DNA of 64,000 nucleotides from Myxococcota bacterium (GTDB lineage: Bacteria > Myxococcota > XYA12-FULL-58-9 > JABJBS01): the NCBI GenBank assembly GCA_036339465.1, contig JAYZAY010000043.1, forward strand, positions 2,833 to 66,832, written 5' to 3'. Below the pieces are notes generated by a model, which was not told the DNA's origin, searched no databases, and saw only the letters and a list, made by a program, of their open reading frames with translations. The translations under genes and the position numbers were made by a program. Shown here one piece after another: positions 60,811 to 64,000 of the stretch (its first letter is position 1; every line of letters begins with the position of its first letter).

Positions 60811-63800
60811 TTAATGTCGACAGGTGCGTGTGCTCAATTTGGAGAAAAGCGTTTTTAAATCCATCACTCCGGTGGCATGGGGCCCTTCGTCCCTTTTCTT
60901 CAAGCTCGCATTCTCTGTGGCCGGTCCAGGACTCCGAAAAGGCGCCAGTTCCTCAAAACTCGAATCACCATCAATATCCAACCAAATTGGGTTCGTAAAA
61001 GCCAAAGGGGTCACCGTTTGGATTTCATTGGGTCCATTCAACCCATCGGGCTTGCCAAAAGAAAGTAGGTCCGTGGCCACATCCCCCAACACGCCGGCTA
61101 TGGCGTCTGTAATATCCGAGGGTGGGTCTTCAGAAGGAAAAACCACCGGAAACATGGACTCATCACCTTTAACCTCCGCAATCACGAAAGTGTCCCGGTC
61201 AAACTCGGCCGACAACTTTTTGAAAATGGTTCGATTCTTATCCTTCGATAAATCGATTCGACCGATCTCACTGCCATCACCATCGGTTAGAATTTCCCCA
61301 TTTGCGTAGATCAAGAGCTCCGAGACATTGATCCAATTTGGGAGACGTATTTCCACCTGTAATTCCACACGGGCCGACTTAGTATCCTCGGCAAAGGAGA
61401 CAAAATCCCCCACATCCCAATAATAATTGCCCTCCCCATCATCGCGTTTCGTCATCACCTGCAACCGAATGTAGGGCCCATTGGTAACCATCACTTGGTG
61501 CTTCTGAAGAGCTTGCACCATTTCGAGATCATGAACCTGGCTGGGGCTTGCATCCCGAGGCTCTCCCCTAGCATCTGGCTCGACATACACGTAGTTACGA
61601 GGGTAACCAACCTCTTCATACAAACCGTGGCTATCGGAGTTGCCCGTTGCAGTATAGGTAAAGCCCTTCCTTAAAAGATTGATCCAATCCTCAAAAACGC
61701 CAGGATACTCCACCTCCCCCGAGGCATCCAACAACGCTTTATTCATGCCGTTGAGGGGATGGATACTTTGTTTGTCGGCGTAAGATTGATCGCCTAAGCC
61801 TTCTTCCAGAGAGAAATGGTGGACAGCCTCAAGTCGCTTGCCATTGACTACTTCAATCACATCGAAATCATAGGAAAAGTTTTCCGCCTCAAACTGAAGG
61901 CTCTCATCGTCCACAGGACGAATGAGCGCTCCTCCTGTCTTCGCAACAGGATTGTAGGCCCCCATATTGAACTCCGAAAAATACCCCAAAATCGCATCCC
62001 GAGGATGATTGACCTGAATGATGGTTTGCCCAGGCCCATACTCACCCAGCAATCTCATTTGGTCGAAAAGCTGATCGGCATTGCAACGAACCCAATCCAT
62101 CGAAGTTTTATTGACCTTGCTTGCATCTGCACTCATGCAACTATCAACGTAGGGAAAATGGCTTGGAGAATTCAGGGTGTAGCGCATGGGAAATCCGTTA
62201 AAGTGTCCCATTTCGAGCGTGGACATCTCAACGCCAACCATGCTGGTGGTCCAATCATGTAACCCCAGCGCCGCGATCTCCGGCTGGTAATCCGTAATGA
62301 AATTGTGGTCGGTGGAAACAGCAACTTCCAAACCCTCCGCAGCCACAGCAGTTACCCGCTTCGCCATGGAAATACTGGAATCCAATGAACCCTCTGAGTG
62401 AATATGAAAATCGGCGCTGATATAATTATTCGTTTCCACGGTTTTCTTAAGCACGGCCTCCACAAAGGTTTGTTTACCTGCTTCAAACTTCACGGCTTGT
62501 TGGAGCTCTAAATCGTACTCTATGCCTCGAGAAATATACACATCGTAGGTGCCTGGACGCACCTTCCCATGAAATAAACCATCGTGGGAATACACAACCT
62601 TCTCCGCATATTCCCCATCTTTCTGTTGGAACCAATTCAAGTCCGTATGCTTTCGCGGCTCATCGATGGAAAACTGAAAAAGATAATTCCGGGGATCACA
62701 CACAGGTATACAATCATAATCGCGCTTCGGCCCGCCGATATCGTTGGGACTATCCTTGCAACTCCGACAAGCTTCCGAAACTGTATAATTTCCAACCAAC
62801 GTAATCTTGGAAGGCATGGGCGTGCCAGACCCATTGGTAACCGTCGCTCGAAATTCGGCCGCAGCCGGAATGCGAATACTCTTGTAGGGGGCCACAAGTT
62901 GACCGTCGGCATCTTTTTCAATCTTAATTTGATGGGTTTCGTTCAATAAGGTGTGGTTGCCAGGGACCGGATATCGACCTGGCGCGGTGATCAAGTAATA
63001 GTAGGTCCCCTCTTCCAAATGTGCCTTAAAACGACCTTTCGAATCGGGGCTAACCTGGGAGTAGGGCCGCTTCAGGGCATCATAAATCATCATACTGGCT
63101 TCAGACTCACCCAAACCTGTATGCTCATCTACAATCTCGCCCACAAACTCCCCTCTGGACTCACCGCGGATGGTATACAACTCTTCACGGACCGAATCGA
63201 TGTCGCCGTCGCCCACCACAAGATATTTCGTGTATTCATAGGATTCTCCCGCGCCCAATTCATCCGGTGGAAGCCCATAGTAAGCCCCCGTAAAAGATGA
63301 AAATAGAAACGGAATCAAGAGGGAATGTTTGCTAACCGGAGCGCCACCTTCTTTCTCATATTGCTCACGATACTTCCAAACATAATTATTGTCATCATCG
63401 GCAACTGCAAAGCCATAGGAAACACCATCCCCTTTGGTGGCAATAAAGTCCACCACCAAACCTTGGATAGCGGGCAATTGAACCCCTTGCTCATTTTGAA
63501 GTTTCCACGTGGACTCCAACGTATACCGCAGACCAAACCCCCGAGGAATACCGGTTTCAGATGCGGTGACTGCGACCGATCCAGGTGTGAAAACGGAATT
63601 GCCTGAACCAAATAGAGCAATATCTCCAATGGGCAACCGGAAGGTGCTGTCCTCCCCATTCGTACTTGCTTCAATTGGGATATTGAATTGTGCCACCAGG
63701 GCACTGGCTGATTCTGTTAAGCTAACACGACTTGAACCCTCATTGATAACCCGACCCACGATTTCCACATGACTGGCTCCCGGATGCAAAATGTAGTCGG

Positions 63801-64000
63801 TTTCAAATCGAATTTTTTTGAATACCTTATCGGGAAAGACTAAGTCATTCACCAACGACAGGGTCCGAAGAAAATCCCCTCCCCTGGCCCTGGTTCTAAC
63901 AATTGCAGGTTCACCTGACTTCCCTGAGCTAATGACTTCAATCGCTGGAAGTGGCTCATCAATGGTGCCACTATTATAGGGGTAGATCTCTTGAGCTTCG
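60811..64000 (-). CDS. Large multidomain protein with a PHP/CehA-McbA-type metallohydrolase domain. The 5' end lies beyond the window
   Basis: DFHIHSEGSLDS...VSTDHNF metal-binding motifs. The reading frame stays open from 63855 to 64000 on the minus strand (EAQEIYPYNSGTIDELPLPAIEVISSGKSGEPAIVRTRARGGDFLRTLS), so the TTG start at 63855 in the ORF track is probably internal. Confidence 0.65.
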   Translation of the reverse strand, partial: EAQEIYPYNSGTIDEPLPAIEVISSGKSGEPAIVRTRARGGDFLRTLSLVNDLVFPDKVFKKIRFETDYILHPGASHVEIVGRVINEGSSRVSLTESASALVAQFNIPIEASTNGEDSTFRLPIGDIALFGSGNSVFTPGSVAVTASETGIPRGFGLRYTLESTWKLQNEQGVQLPAIQGLVVDFIATKGDGVSYGFAVADDDNNYVWKYREQYEKEGGAPVSKHSLLIPFLFSSFTGAYYGLPPDELGAGESYEYTKYLVVGDGDIDSVREELYTIRGESRGEFVGEIVDEHTGLGESEASMMIYDALKRPYSQVSPDSKGRFKAHLEEGTYYYLITAPGRYPVPGNHTLLNETHQIKIEKDADGQLVAPYKSIRIPAAAEFRATVTNGSGTPMPSKITLVGNYTVSEACRSCKDSPNDIGGPKRDYDCIPVCDPRNYLFQFSIDEPRKHTDLNWFQQKDGEYAEKVVYSHDGLFHGKVRPGTYDVYISRGIEYDLELQQAVKFEAGKQTFVEAVLKKTVETNNYISADFHIHSEGSLDSSISMAKRVTAVAAEGLEVAVSTDHNFITDYQPEIAALGLHDWTTSMVGVEMSTLEMGHFNGFPMRYTLNSPSHFPYVDSCMSADASKVNKTSMDWVRCNADQLFDQMRLLGEYGPGQTIIQVNHPRDAILGYFSEFNMGAYNPVAKTGGALIRPVDDESLQFEAENFSYDFDVIEVVNGKRLEAVHHFSLEEGLGDQSYADKQSIHPLNGMNKALLDASGEVEYPGVFEDWINLLRKGFTYTATGNSDSHGLYEEVGYPRNYVYVEPDARGEPRDASPSQVHDLEMVQALQKHQVMVTNGPYIRLQVMTKRDDGEGNYYWDVGDFVSFAEDTKSARVELQVEIRLPNWINVSELLIYANGEILTDGDGSEIGRIDLSKDKNRTIFKKLSAEFDRDTFVIAEVKGDESMFPVVFPSEDPPSDITDAIAGVLGDVATDLLSFGKPDGLNGPNEIQTVTPLAFTNPIWLDIDGDSSFEELAPFRSPGPATENASLKKRDEGPHATGVMDLKTLFSKLSTRTCRH

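Noticed and set aside
1-64000. CRISPR arrays, tRNA or rRNA genes, IS elements or integrases
   Set aside because: No spaced direct-repeat array was seen, the only tandem array being the contiguous 16-bp repeat. No tRNA-like cloverleaf candidates were spotted in intergenic regions. No transposase or integrase motifs were seen in any ORF.

Overview
The window is ~64 kb of densely coded bacterial chromosome at about 50% GC, with roughly 54 genes. Gene content (multiple stator genes, an MCP, HDOD and HD-GYP-type c-di-GMP domains, WD40 and ASH-domain surface proteins) suggests a Bdellovibrio-like or other delta/Oligoflexia-type proteobacterium. That placement is inference only. Housekeeping genes recognised from motifs include aspS, a bifunctional Rel/SpoT, 5-formyl-THF cyclo-ligase, mpl, ldcA, nagZ, gcvT and gcvH, hutH, a cyclophilin, an inositol monophosphatase, a P450, a thermonuclease, a DASS transporter and a lipid kinase. 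The region of most interest is a motility and signalling island at 20.1-30.3 kb. It holds two divergently transcribed MotB paralogues with long acidic N-terminal extensions, a secreted WD40 protein of about 20 repeats, a receiver plus degenerate HD-GYP regulator, an orphan MotA followed by an unknown soluble protein instead of MotB, an MCP and a stand-alone Hpt protein. Other notable points are a receiver/HDOD pair split by a single TAA inside a 12-bp tandem repeat, a decayed M28-peptidase/PDZ gene remnant, a 16-bp non-coding tandem repeat, a triplicated-domain Cys-rich lipoprotein, and a translationally coupled pair of large ASH-domain lipoproteins followed by cNMP-binding and CheY-like genes. 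Both window edges carry partial genes that are absent from the supplied ORF track. No CRISPR array, tRNA or rRNA gene and no recognisable transposase or integrase was found by eye.
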